Origin: Lytechinus pictus
Lineage: Eukaryota
DNA length: 64,000 nucleotides
Direction of reading: 5' to 3'
Assembly: GCF_037042905.1 (NCBI RefSeq)
Contig: NC_087246.1
Location: 9,178,001 to 9,242,000 of the forward strand
The position numbers and the translations under genes are program-made. Of this stretch, positions 26,401 to 38,847 are shown in pieces (the stretch's first letter is position 1; every line of letters starts with the position of its first letter). The notes beneath the pieces are model-generated. The model was given only the letters and a program-made list of their open reading frames with translations. It made no database searches and was not told the origin of the DNA.

Positions 26401-29400
26401 GCATAAATTAGCATAATTAATGAGCAATAAGATTTTTCACAGAATATGATATTATAGTTTTTTAGATAATGCCATGGGTAACGGGCGTGCCAATTTTTGC
26501 CGCGATCGACGTCAGCCCCCCCCCCCCCCCTGTCTTAGGGGTCGAAATAGCCCAGTCTATGTAGGGTTAACCTCAACGTAGTAATCTTGTTGGGTCTAAA
26601 AATGCCAAATTCTTTTGAATGAGCAATTCTCAAGAGCTTCCAATTGGGTGAACTTCAAAGATCAATAGCAAAAAATCAAGCACATCTTATTTATTTTTTG
26701 CATATTTGAAATATTCAGGTGCTAAACTAACTAAGTGCAAAATTTTGTGAAAATGACATTGATTTCTTCTAAACTGTGGAATGTCTTTCAAAGATTTTGT
26801 AATACATGTATCAACATTTTTTTTAATGTATTTTTTTTTTTTTCTTATGGTCTTCTGCAGGTCTTCATGCATCTTCAAGGACTGAAAGAAGAGGAGAAAT
26901 ATGAGCTACTCACCAAGGTGGTGAATGGAGAAATTCATTTGGACAGCATGAAATCAAGGGCTAAATTTCAGAAAGGACTTCACACAGTGCAGCGTGAGTT
27001 CCAGCTGCTCACTAAAAAAAGGACTTGGGATGAATGTAAGAGGGCATACCCTGAATATACCACAGATTCTGCCTTAGGCCAGTTTATTGGTGAGTATTGC
27101 AGTGACTTTTCATGTACCCGTCACCCACATTTGTTTTTTACAATCTTTCCTCTGTTTCTTTGGCAACGTAACAATGAGAACGCAGTTCCAAAGGCATGTA
27201 ATATTTTGAAAATGCATGTTACATGTAGGTCCAAATTCATTCTAAAACAATAATATTGTATGCAAAGAGAAATCATAAATATATCATTATTTTTACTCAA
27301 ACTTTTGGAATTTATTAATTATTGTCATATATGAATTGGAAAGTGTCACCAATAATTTCCTTAAGAAGAATAAATTGTAAAAGCACAGATATGAATATGA
27401 AATCTAGAAAACAGTAGATTTGATAAATAAAAAGGCTACAAAGCGTACCTATAAAGTTATCGTTTTGGACCTCCATTTCTTGATTTATAGCATCTCGTAG
27501 CTTAAGCTTGATAGTATACCATCAACTCTTATTTCTTAAAGCTTTCATTTGAATCTAACTGACATTTATTTTTTTTGCCTTCATGATAATCAGATATTTC
27601 TAGTATTTATAATTGAGATGATTCTACGTCTCATCAAGATGTTTTATCCTTTCTGTTTTAATGTATTAGAGAAAGCGTTAATTTTTACTAAAAGGAATTT
27701 TGTTTTTACTTCACTTAGGCATGAACTTCAAAAAGTCTATACCAAGAGAATTCTTTAATTTTGTACAAGAGGTAATGGACTCACCAAGTGGCACAACCAC
27801 CTCATCGAGTTTAAGACGATGTCCTGTCTCCCTTACTATCCTTGAAGTGGTGAGATTTTTTTCCTTCCAATTAAAATATATATATACTGTAGTATCCTAC
27901 TGATCTGAAGGTCATGGATGTACTTCACTCTTTTTGTTATATGTATACCAAAATTGTGTGCCTCACACATGGCTCCACCCTCCGTCCCAGTTTGTATTCC
28001 TTGACTTTGACTTGTAGTCTTGGGGTGGGGTACTCCTGTATAATGTGGTATGACCCCCCCTTCCTTTTTTAGACCTTGATTTAATTCTTCAAATTTCTAC
28101 ATGTTCAATGTCGCTAAGCTCCAAAGACCCATTTTAACTGTTTCTGAGGGGCTATCATAGTCAACTACATGAAATATAAGTTTGCAACCACTGCTGTAAC
28201 TGCATTGGCCGTGTACAATAGAAATATTTATATAGCTCTGTGATGTATATACATGTATGCACGAATGATAGAGAATATATTGAGGAATTGACCACATCTA
28301 CGGGTTGAAGAAATATTGAGAGGGCTCGCAACAGAAGTTAATCTTTCTCTGTTGTGCCTGCCATGTGCACATAGATATGGAGTTCCCATGACTGTGTTTT
28401 AATATGCCTGATAGATCATTAATTCCCAAGATCCCAGATTTTAAACCTAGTAGACCTCCATTTCAAGGTTTTGTGATGCATGTCCTTAAAGGCCTGCAGA
28501 CCTTTACCAATACAAAGTGATGCCCTTGACATGATTTCTGGTTATCTTTTGCATGTCCATTCTCACTTTAACTTTTAGGGATGGTCCAGGCTGAAAGTAT
28601 TTACAGCTTAATAAATATAGTAGAATTCACTGAGCAAAATGCCGAAAATTTCATCAAAATCGGATAACAAATAATAAAGTTATTAAAGTTAAAAGTTTAG
28701 CAATATTTTGTGAAAACATAGGTGGGCTGATGATGTCACATCTCCACTTTCCGTTTTCTTATGTTATTACATAAAATCATAATTTTTTCATTATTTCATA
28801 CTTGTGCGAATAATATGTCTCCCTTATAATGAAATAAGTTGCAGCAATAAATATCTAATGCACTAAGTCAGTTGTCAATCCAATTTTTCTAGTTCTTGGA
28901 GGAAAAAATTTGAATAAACCTAATTTTATGTAACAAAATACAAAAGAGCAAGTGGAGACGTGACATCATCAGCCCACCTATTGAATATTCATGACGACTG
29001 TTTTCACAAAATATTGCTTAACTTTAAAATTCAATAACTTTGTTATTTGTTATCCGATTTTGATGAAATTTTCGGCATTTTGCTCAGTGAATTCTACTCT
29101 ATGTATCAGAATATAAATATTTTCAGCCCGGACCATCCCTTTAAATAATTGAAATTTACCCGTTTTCAAACTTTGTCAGTGAGTGATCAATTATAAACTC
29201 ACCTAATACATGCATAGATTGTCAAAATTGCACATTGTTGTTACGTTTATATTGTCATTGTTTTTCTCTTTAACATCAGGATGGAACAACTGGAATAAAA
29301 AAAGTGGCTGGGGACTTGAAAGAAGGGACAACAAATGTGGTTGTGATTTCAGATGGGATCATGGTGGCATCTAGATGGCAGGAGGCATTGGAGCGAGAGG

Positions 29401-32400
29401 GATTCTCAATGTGTCGAGAAAGTGTGATTGTTGGAGATAATAAAGGTGAATTTTATACCAATTTTTCATAGCTTATAATTCTGTTTTTATTATTTTCCCC
29501 CAGATTAGTTGCATTTATAATAAATGTACAGATATATGTCATACTCTTTTGTATTTTTCAAACCAATTTTCCTATGGTTATTATTTAGATTCACTAAATG
29601 GTTACCTAGTAATGGGTTATAGATAGATACAAGATATTTATATTGTCTTCGCAAACATGATTACAAAGAAATTTGTTTTCCACTGGTGTAATATTACATT
29701 AGACATGCATGAACAAAATAAAACAAAGAAACAAATAAGTTACACAGGTATGAAGCAAATACAACAAAACATTTGCAAAAGTTTGAGTCGTCCAGAATAC
29801 TTATCATAATTATTATCATTCAAATATTGTTATAATTATTATTAACATTATTATTATTATTATCATTATTATTGTTGTCATCATCATCACTACTGTTGCT
29901 TTTATATGACTATTATTATTATGAAACTTTCCAGGATATCAGTACATAAGTTCATTATTTCGCTGGGAACAGAAATTTATTTAGCGTTGAGCTTGTGAAT
30001 TGAATTTGTGGATAGAGTCGGGTATGAATGAATTTCTAAAACGGGAAAGGGCGGGTTGGAGTGGGACGAAGTCTTATGCCAGAACGATTGAATGAGTAGT
30101 AATGATTAAGTGGATGAGAAGTGTCTTTCATGATTGAACTGACTTTTCCTACGATTTGATCGGTACAGTGGGATTCTATTGAGGCCAAATCTACCCCTAT
30201 TATTCTTTGCGCTATTTTACGGGGCTTTTCCAGTTTCATCTTGTCCTCTTTTGAGATATTGCCAAATACACATAATACATTGAAGAGAAGGACACTTTTA
30301 ATAACTGAATTTCAATTTCAATTAAACACTATATGTTTCTTTTTTTTCTGTAAAGACTGTATAACACTATTATATTTTTTCCTTCTTATGGCAGCTCGCT
30401 ATGTGATTGCAGGAACAACTGCAAATTTGAGTCGTGGGCTGGGCAATATTCTACCAGAGGCAACTGCATTCCATACCATTTTGACAGCATTTTCGGATGC
30501 ACAAGACAGTATTGCACTCGCTGTACAGGATTATGGTACGTATAAATGTGAAAATCTTAAGAAAATTAAAAGAAGAAAAAAAAGTTTTTATATTACAGTA
30601 CAATTATATGTCTATTATCTATTAGAAATGTTCAGAAACATTTCATCTCTAAAATCACAGTATTTTTAAGGAGGGGCTGTAACATAACCAATAATATGTA
30701 TTTTGAATTTCATCAGAATCTTAATATGAATTCAGATATAAGTAATAGTATTCTATGTAAGGTTGATTTCCTTTTAAACCTTAATTTTTAAATTTGAAAT
30801 AGAAGCAAGGTTTTAGTGCGATTCTGGTGATAAATAGGTTCCCCTTTCTTGAAAGTTGGTCGTATAGTTAGTCAAGTATAACAGATCATTAAACAAGAAA
30901 CTTTGGTCTTCAGTCAAAACTCATTCCATTTAGGAAATATTGTTATTTGGCATTGACATCAAATAAATGCTGATAAGGTTTTGAATGTCTGCTCTATCAT
31001 ATCAAATTAATCTTTGAGAAAAGGGCAAACCAATATCCCACTTCAGAAGACATGAGATTGAGATAAAAAGTTACTGACAAATATCACTTTGAGGCCGATG
31101 GTAAGGTCATTGCATATTCAGATCAAAAGAATTCATATGTTTCATGCTGCAAAGAGGAATTTGGATGAATTTAAGTGTTTGGGAACATTAAAATGGTTAA
31201 TTTTGAAAATAGATTTCCTGTAATCACCAGCTATGAATCTCTGATAATCATAACAATATTATTACATGAATTCATTTAGCATTTTTTCCACAGTATACAA
31301 ACAGCAACTATTATTATTCTGTCTATAACTCTGATATGGACTGGGTTGTGATTGCAAATAGGAATATTTTGAAATGTTGCACAGAAGTGTCAATGTAAAT
31401 TCCAACCTCTTAAACAGAGAGTAACATATAGATTGATGTGTTTTGCGGTATGATCATTAGGGCTTATTACCAAGATCATATACGACATCAGGCTTATATA
31501 GTCCATTTCTCATGCTTCATATATTAATTTAGATACAACAATGAACGAGCAACCAAATAAGGAGCAACAAAAATATTGATTGCTTTATTGATCATTGTTT
31601 TATATGCATTTAAAAAAATAAAATTTGTATGTGTAATCTGAAAACAAGCTGCATGTAATCACAACTCCACATAAATTGACATCAAATAATCCATGCCCTT
31701 ATTAAGTCAATGATCGAAGCCCATTCCAAAGGATCACAAGTATAAAGCAAATTACTCAATTGGTAAGCAGTTATCGTGCACTAACCCTAATAAGACAGGG
31801 GCGGGGGGCTAATTCAGCCCCCTTGATATTTTTCGTGATAAATCAGCTGTGCAAAATTATTTATCCCGCCGCTTGCTGACTTCATATTTTCATATCTTGC
31901 GCAAGCTTTGTGACCAAAATTGAAAGCGCTAGGTACGCAATAGACATTACGCAGCATTTTGTAAGTGCATGCAGACCCAAGATAGCTAAAATATGTGAAT
32001 TTGTGTACAAATCCTATGCCAATGGTGTTTTTAGCCCAAATCCATAAATGTATCATAATTTTCCTTTTACTAATAAAATAAATTAATTTTATCTTGTTTG
32101 TTGTCAAAATAAAGCCCACAACAAATTCCATTGAAAAAAACAATAAAAATAAAAAAATAAAAAAACTGAGAAATATATAAAATTTAGAAAACAATAAATA
32201 TATAAAACAAAATACATTTGATCAGATTCCTATAAAGCATCTATGAACCCAAAATAAGTATTTGAGGGGCATAATTTAGCAATTAGAACAGACTTTAGTT
32301 TTTACTGATAAATTTGCATAATTCAGATTTTTTGCAGAATTTTATCTTACAGTTTTATAGGTTAGGCCATGGGTAACGCCCATGCCAATTTTCATTGCGA

Positions 32401-32701
32401 TCGACGGCCGAAATCATATGGGGGCTGAATAGGCCCCTCCCCTGTCTTAGGCATCAAAATAGCCCAGTCTATTTAGGGTTAAAGTGAATGGTTAATTAAA
32501 TTTTAATTACTCACAGAATATAGCTTTTCTTCAGCAATTCTAATACCTGTTATTGAAATGTATTATGCAGATGCAGTTGAGGAAGATGCATTGAGCCTGA
32601 ATCGAATTGCGAGAAACTTAACCATTTGTGGAAGGAGTTCTGGGAGTTCTGGAAGTTCAGGAAGTGAGTACGACTTCTCAGAAGCTGAGTCAGCAGATTG
32701 A
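23412..32701 (+). CDS. Spliced gene for a ParB/Sulfiredoxin-like domain protein with degenerate DNA-methyltransferase-like C-terminus (544 aa)
   Basis: Exons 23412-23610, 24003-24252, 24615-24882, 25360-25479, 26861-27089, 27719-27849, 29280-29445, 30395-30535 and 32571-32701. All introns are GT-AG with matching phases; total 1635 nt, no internal stop, TGA at 32699. ParB-like motifs: VVEVPISKI..NPIR..RVEAYKQAL..PILPV..YMLLGGCNLLTA..VRVHGSLSMGDALHIG. The C-terminal ILTAFSDAQDSI..DALSLNR resembles the beta-class MTase tail. The gene structure is solid; the product call is inference. Confidence 0.8.
25862..26566. mobile_element. piggyBac-like MITE (TTAA TSD)
   Basis: TTAA|CCCTA ... TAGGG|TTAA. 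Homologous to 31785-32478 and to a partial copy starting at 45269. Confidence 0.8.
28577..29140. mobile_element. Kolobok-like MITE with long TIRs
   Basis: AGGGATGGTCCAGGCTGAAA ... TTTCAGCCCGGACCATCCCT|TTAA, with inverted arms >100 bp. The left flank reads TTTT rather than TTAA. Confidence 0.75.
29615..30303 (-). mobile_element. 5'-truncated Rex1/Babar-like LINE fragment (intronic, antisense)
   Basis: The minus strand reads KSVLLFNVLCVFGNISKEDKMKLEKPRKIAQRIIG...IMKDTSHPLNHYYSFNRSGIRLR and, after a frameshift, RFRNSFIPDSIHKFN*. This is a typical Rex1-type RT C-terminus. A 3'UTR with a short CTAT tail follows. Confidence 0.75.
31785..32478. mobile_element. piggyBac-like MITE, second copy
   Basis: CTAA|CCCTA ... 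TAGGG|TTAA. Colinear with 25862-26566. Confidence 0.75.
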
Positions 32702-34584
32702 ACATGAGCAGCTAGAATATCAATCACTGTATAAGGAAGCGTTACTGTTATTAAGTAGTGCTAGGTTAGTGTTTTATGATTATGTTGATAAATCGCGGTA
32801 AGACTTACGTATTGTCGATTATGAAAAGTTCATGACTATTGAACAAAAATGCAGCTCTGTTGCTTTAAACCAATTCAAGTTGTAACCCAAATGCCTACTT
32901 TCATGAAAAAGCATGGATGAAGGCCTTTATTTTCCACTTCCCTGCTCTCACGGATTCGCAACTCATGAACTTATGTAATGAATTTCAGACTGGGCTGTAC
33001 ATTGTGTTTTTTGCGGGCGATAATCAACTAATCTTAAATCAATTAGCAATACTGGAAAGACTCTCGTGATGTAGTTTTCATGTGTATATTTATTACAGCT
33101 ATCCCCAGAGCAATGAGATGTAATTAAAGCATCTTGGTGATCAATCTTGTATGTATTTGATTATTTATAACTTGTTATAATTATCCACATTCAGTTGAAT
33201 GGTGTCATTGTTTTGATATAACAGTTACAATATTCAGTCAGTTATTGGTATTACTTGTCATTAGATGTATTCAAGGCAATAAGTGGTTGAAAGAGGGGAG
33301 ATAAAACATGTTCATAATATCAATTCTTGCTACCCTTGTAATCTGTACCCTTTTATATCAAGAATGCCTGAAAACATGAATTATACAGCTATTATATGGT
33401 TTTCTATTTTTAGACATTCATGTACATGTATGAGTTTTTTATGACACTAAATTTTCCTCTTAGCTGATAATGATGTCTTAATTAATTAATAATTATAATT
33501 CACTAATTAACATCTATGTGCACTATATAAACCTTTGTTACTTTATATTGAAAGTGCCTTAAAAATGAACGATACAGCTATCCTATGGTTTTCTATGAGT
33601 AGTTCATTTATGACATTATTTTTCCCTTTGAATCAATGTAGGCATTATAATTATCACAATGCAATAATTAACATAAACATGCAATATATAAAATTTTATG
33701 TTATTGTATTGCCTAAAACCACTTGAAAAAAATAATAAAACAGCTCTTCTAAAGTTTTTCATGACAACAAATTTATTATTTTATGATTCTTTTTTTCATT
33801 GTTTAATCAATGTTATAGTTTAAATGAGCACAATTAGCATTATGTACTATTTAGCAAAATTATGTTTAATGAACCGAAAAAGCCTGTAAATATGAATAAT
33901 TAATATTTTATACAGATTTCTATGACTTTGTTCCTGCAGTTCCCATAGCTGGAGCTGGGAACCTAACTTTATCTCAATGCAATGACAGAGAAATGTATGT
34001 ATTTCACCTATATGTTTACCACAAACCATAATATAATAAAGATATCTATATAATGCGCATAGATGTTAATTTGTGTATAATAATAATTATTCAATTCTTG
34101 CTACCCTCTGTACGCTTTTTATTGAGACTTTGAATATTATGGCAAAAACACTTTTATGTGAAAGCAATATTTCACTTCAGCAGTAAATTTGGGTAAAAAT
34201 GGGTACAATCTGCTTGATGTGTGGCAGACACACTGTAAGCCCCCTAAAGTCCTTTTGAACTATTCTGTAAAATGTAATGGGCATACAATTCTTGGTAGCC
34301 ACAATTCATGGCCCTGGTATGAATTGGTCTGAAGCACTTCAAGATTTTCCTAGGGGTGTTGCATGTTGTATTCTCCATAGGCAGCACCCCTGTTCCTAGG
34401 GCCCTGCCACAATTATACTGATATTTGGATTACTTTGTTTGATTTACAACCACATCTTTTGACTGTATTGGTATAAAATGCTACCTCTATATATTAATTT
34501 TATTTACTATTTATGGTTACTCTGGTAAGATAATAGCATTTGTATAACGTCTTTGTAAAATATTGTACAAGCAATTACACTTAT

Positions 34585-36855
34585 TTGGATCATACTATCT
34601 GAAACTGTGTTATCCTTTGGAGAATGTTATCCGAAGCCTGTTTCCATTCCGATTATATTATTTGAAGCTGTTTCTATTCGGATAATGTTATCTGAAGTTG
34701 TTTTCTATTGGAACAATGTCCGAAGCCATGTTTCTATTCGGATAATATCCGAAGCTGTGTCTCTATTCAGATAATATTATCCGAAGCTTTGTTTCCATTC
34801 AGATAATCTTATCCGAAGCCGTGTTTCTATTCAGATAATGTTATCCAAAGCTTTGTTTTTCATTCGGATAATCTTATCCGAAGCCGTGTTTCTATTCGGA
34901 CAATATTATCTGAAGCTATGTTACCTTTGGATGATATTATCTGAATCTGTGTTTCTATTCGGATAATCTTATCCGAAGCTGTGTTTCTATTCGGACAATA
35001 TTATCTGAAGCTATGTTACCTTTGGATAATATTATCTGAATCTGTGTTTCTATTCGGATAATATTATCCAAAGCCTGTTTTATCTATTCAGATAATATTA
35101 TCTGAAGCTGTGTTTCCGTTCGGATAATGTTATCCAAAGCTGTGTTTCTATTCGGATAATATTATCTGAAGCTATGTTTCCGTTCGGATAATGTTATCCA
35201 AAGCTGTGTTTCTATTCGGATAATATTATCTGAAGCTATGTTTCTATTCAGACAATATTATCTGAGGCCGTGTTTCCATTCAGATAATATTTTCCAAAGC
35301 TGTGTTTCTATTCGGATAATATTATCTAAAGCTGTGTTTCTATTCGGACAATATTATTTGAAGCTGTGTTTCCATTCGGATAATGTTATCCAAAGCTGTG
35401 TTTCTATTCGGATAATCTTATCCGAAGCTGTGTTACTATTCGGACAATATTATCTGAAGCTATGTTACCTTTGGATAATATTATCTGAATCTGTGTTTTT
35501 ATTCGGACAATCTTATCCGAAGCTGTGTTTATATTTGGACAATATTATCTGAAGCTATGTTACCTTTGGATAATATTATCTGAATCTGTGTTTCTATTCG
35601 GATAATATTATCCAAAGCCTGTTTTATCTATTCAGATAATATCTGAAGCTGTGTTTCCGTTCGGATAATGTTATCCGAAGCTGTGTTTCTATTTGGACAA
35701 TATTATCTGAAGCTATGTTACCTTTGGATAATATTATCTGAATCTGTGTTTCTATTCGGATAATATTATCCAAAGCTGTGTTTCTATTCGGATAATATTA
35801 TCTGAGGCCGTGTTTCCATTCGGATAATATTATCCAAAGCTGTGTTTCCATTTGGATAATGTTATCCGAAGCCGTATTCCTATTCGGATGTTATCCGAAG
35901 CAGTGTTTCTATTTGGAAATTATTATCCGAAACTGCGTTTCCATTCGGATTATCTTATCTGAAGCCTGTGTCTATTCAGATAATATTATCCGAAGCTGTG
36001 TTTCTATTCAGATAATGTTACCCGAAGCCGTGTTTCTATTCGGATAATATTATCTGAAGCTGTGTTTCTATTCGGACAATATTGTCTGAAACCGTGTTTC
36101 CATTCGGATAATATTATCCGAAACTGTTTCTATTCGGATAATATTATCCAAAGCTGTGTTTTTATTTGGATAATATTATCCGAAACTGTGCTTCTATTCG
36201 GATAATTTTATCCAAAGCTGTATTTCTGTTCAGACAATACCATCCGAAGCTGTGTTACCATTTAGATAATATTATCCAAAGCTGTGTTTTTATTTGGATA
36301 ATCTTATCGGAAGCCTGTTCTTTCTATTCAGGTAATATTATCTGAAGCTGTGTTTCCGTTCGGATAATCTTATCCGAAGTCTCGTTTCTATTCGGATAAT
36401 ATTATCCAAAGCTGTGTTTTTACTCGGATAATGTTGCCCGAAGCTGTGTTTCTATTCGGATAATGTTATCCGAAGCTGTGTTTCTATTCGGACAATATTA
36501 TCTGAAGCTGTGTTACCTTTGGATAATATTATCGGAAGCTGTGTTTCTATTCGGACAATATTATCTGAAACTGTGATTCCATTCGGATAATGTTATCCAA
36601 AGCTGTGTTTCTATTCGTATAATCTTATCCGAAGCTGTGTTTCTATTCGGACAATATTATCTGAAGCTGTGTTAACTTTGGATAATATTATCTGAAGCTG
36701 TGTTTCCGTTCAGATAATCTTATCCAAAGTCACGTTTTCTTCGGACACTGTTACCCGAAGCTGTGTTTCTATTCGGATGATCCTATCCGAAGCCTGTGTC
36801 TATTCAGATAATATTGTCCGAATCTGTGTTTTATCTTTAGATAATATTGTCCGAA
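34585..36855. repeat. Tandem array of ~70 x 32-bp units, each with a 20-bp palindrome
   Basis: Consensus TTCGGATAATATTATCCGAA-GCTGTGTTTCTA. The first 20 nt are a perfect inverted repeat. Copy number was estimated as length/32. Confidence 0.95.
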
Positions 36856-37649
36856 TGAAAATAATTTTATGATATTATGCAAAGGTCAACCACTTTGTAT
36901 TATGTGTCATTTTTTGTTTTACATTGTGATGTTCTGCATAATGTTATTAAATAGTCCCTTACCTTCTATTTCACATTCCTAAATTTCTTATTATTTTTCC
37001 AGTGTGAAAGTGGTTTGAAATGTGTTTGGATGCCCTGTTGTATTCAGATGTGAACAGGTATGATAGGATATAATTAGAATATAAAAAAAGCAGAGAACGG
37101 TGAAAGAGCATAGATTGTAAGGTTAATGGTACAAAATTATGAAAGATTGAAGTTAACACTGGCATAGTAGTGAAAAATAAGAAAATAATGATGTTGTTGT
37201 GAATGAGGTGAATGGACGACAAAGAAAGAATTGTTGGTCATGGTGCTTGAGAAAATAAGCCCTTTTTTAAGGGTAAATGCTGTTGAAAATTAATAATGAT
37301 GATATGATAATGAATAATGCACAGAATAATCATATCAATTCTATGCATTTATTTTTGCTATGGCAATTGCCATGTTTTTCACAAGGAAATTGACAAGGTC
37401 AATAAAACTTAAATTTTGGGCAAAAATGAACAAAAAATTGTCCATTTTGAAAAGATATATTGTTTATTGTATTAATAAATATATTATAGATCATTTTGGA
37501 CGACACCAAGGTAAAGGAAAGCACATTCTTGTTAATATCAAAATAGATGTTAGACAAATCAATATTTTCGTGCCATATGTCACCTCTCCCTGAGGATGTT
37601 TTCCGATTCTTCCATTCAATTGGCATCTTGTTATACAATTCGTTAAGAT

Positions 37650-38160
37650 ATACAGTAGGGCCTACCGGTACATCATACATGTTGGAAAAATTGTTTCCAT
37701 TTCGTTTTGCATACCGGTGTCCGGTATGCATGGCGAAAATTTCGATTGAAGAGCGCCAGCTACAACGCCAACCACAGTCAAATGTGAGATACCGGTACTG
37801 CTAGTTGCTCGAACGGGCGAGACAGATCAGGACTAACCGTCTTTTCTTGGGATTTCTAAAGATTTCTGACATTTTACTATCGCCAACATATGTGTTACCC
37901 GGCTACTAGCTAGGTAAGTACCGGTAAGTTTAGCCAATTTAGTTGTGGAATTCCCAACTGATGTGATGGTACACTATAGTATGACCGATACTAAAAAGTA
38001 ATGTACCGGTACCGGTACTGCAACGGCCGCGCCGCCTGGCCGGCCTGGCGCTGGCGCCGGTGGTATGTAGCCTCGAGGACTCCATGTATGTATGATGATG
38101 TTTTTTTAATATTTTGACATATACTTCTTCATCATGGAGCCTTGAACCGCCTGCCATATA
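37650..38160 (+). promoter_or_regulatory. CpG-rich region; probable promoter and non-coding first exon of the 3-beta-HSD gene
   Basis: CpG density is locally high and there is a strong donor TAG|GTAAGT after 37913. The first coding exon has an acceptor at 41575, 8 nt before its ATG, which implies an upstream exon. Confidence 0.4.
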
Positions 38161-38847
38161 TGTATAAGGGACTCACCAAAACAAAGATGGATTTCCCTAG
38201 GATTTAGGAAATCCATCTTTTAAGATTAGAAATCACGTAAATGGTGGTGATTTTATTTTTTATAATTATCCTAGGCCTACACCTTTTTCATACGCCTGAT
38301 GATAATGCGTATGAAGGTCTCCAAACTTGGTTAATGAAAAGGCGAAAATTGAAGGTTTCTTACCAGACCGATCTCGTGTATATCCCTCAATCCGTTTGTC
38401 AACAAACATGACAAAGCAAATACAATACTCACTGTCAATAGGTCTGACTCTGACCCTTGAACCGCTTCGTGATGACGTACATCCGACTAGCGATGCCGTT
38501 TTGAAGAACAATTTATAGATAAAAATTATCAATATTATTTCACAAATACGAAAATTTAATACGTGATTATAAATATAAATTCACAGTACGACAATACGCC
38601 AGACGGTGGCCTGTACTTATAGAGAAGAAGAAGAAGAAGAAATAATTCTAATATATACTGATATTGTGCTCATAGTCATACACACAATTCATTCTTCATC
38701 AAACCATCCTCTCATTCTGTCATTCTATCATGCTATTAATTCATGCCTCATTATCTCAACTACTGTTTCCATCTCTGTTCACAAGCTCACTATCATCATG
38801 TTTCCACCCCAGACCAGTTGTGTAAATATTGACCATGCTGTATTACC

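Noticed and set aside
35238..36047. ORFs 35238-35552 and 35859-36047
   Set aside because: They are translations of the 32-bp tandem repeat; the unit is not a multiple of 3 and there is no splice context.
34585..36855. CRISPR array (palindromic repeat plus spacer)
   Set aside because: The 12-bp linkers are near-identical rather than unique spacers and are too short. There are no cas genes and the context is eukaryotic.
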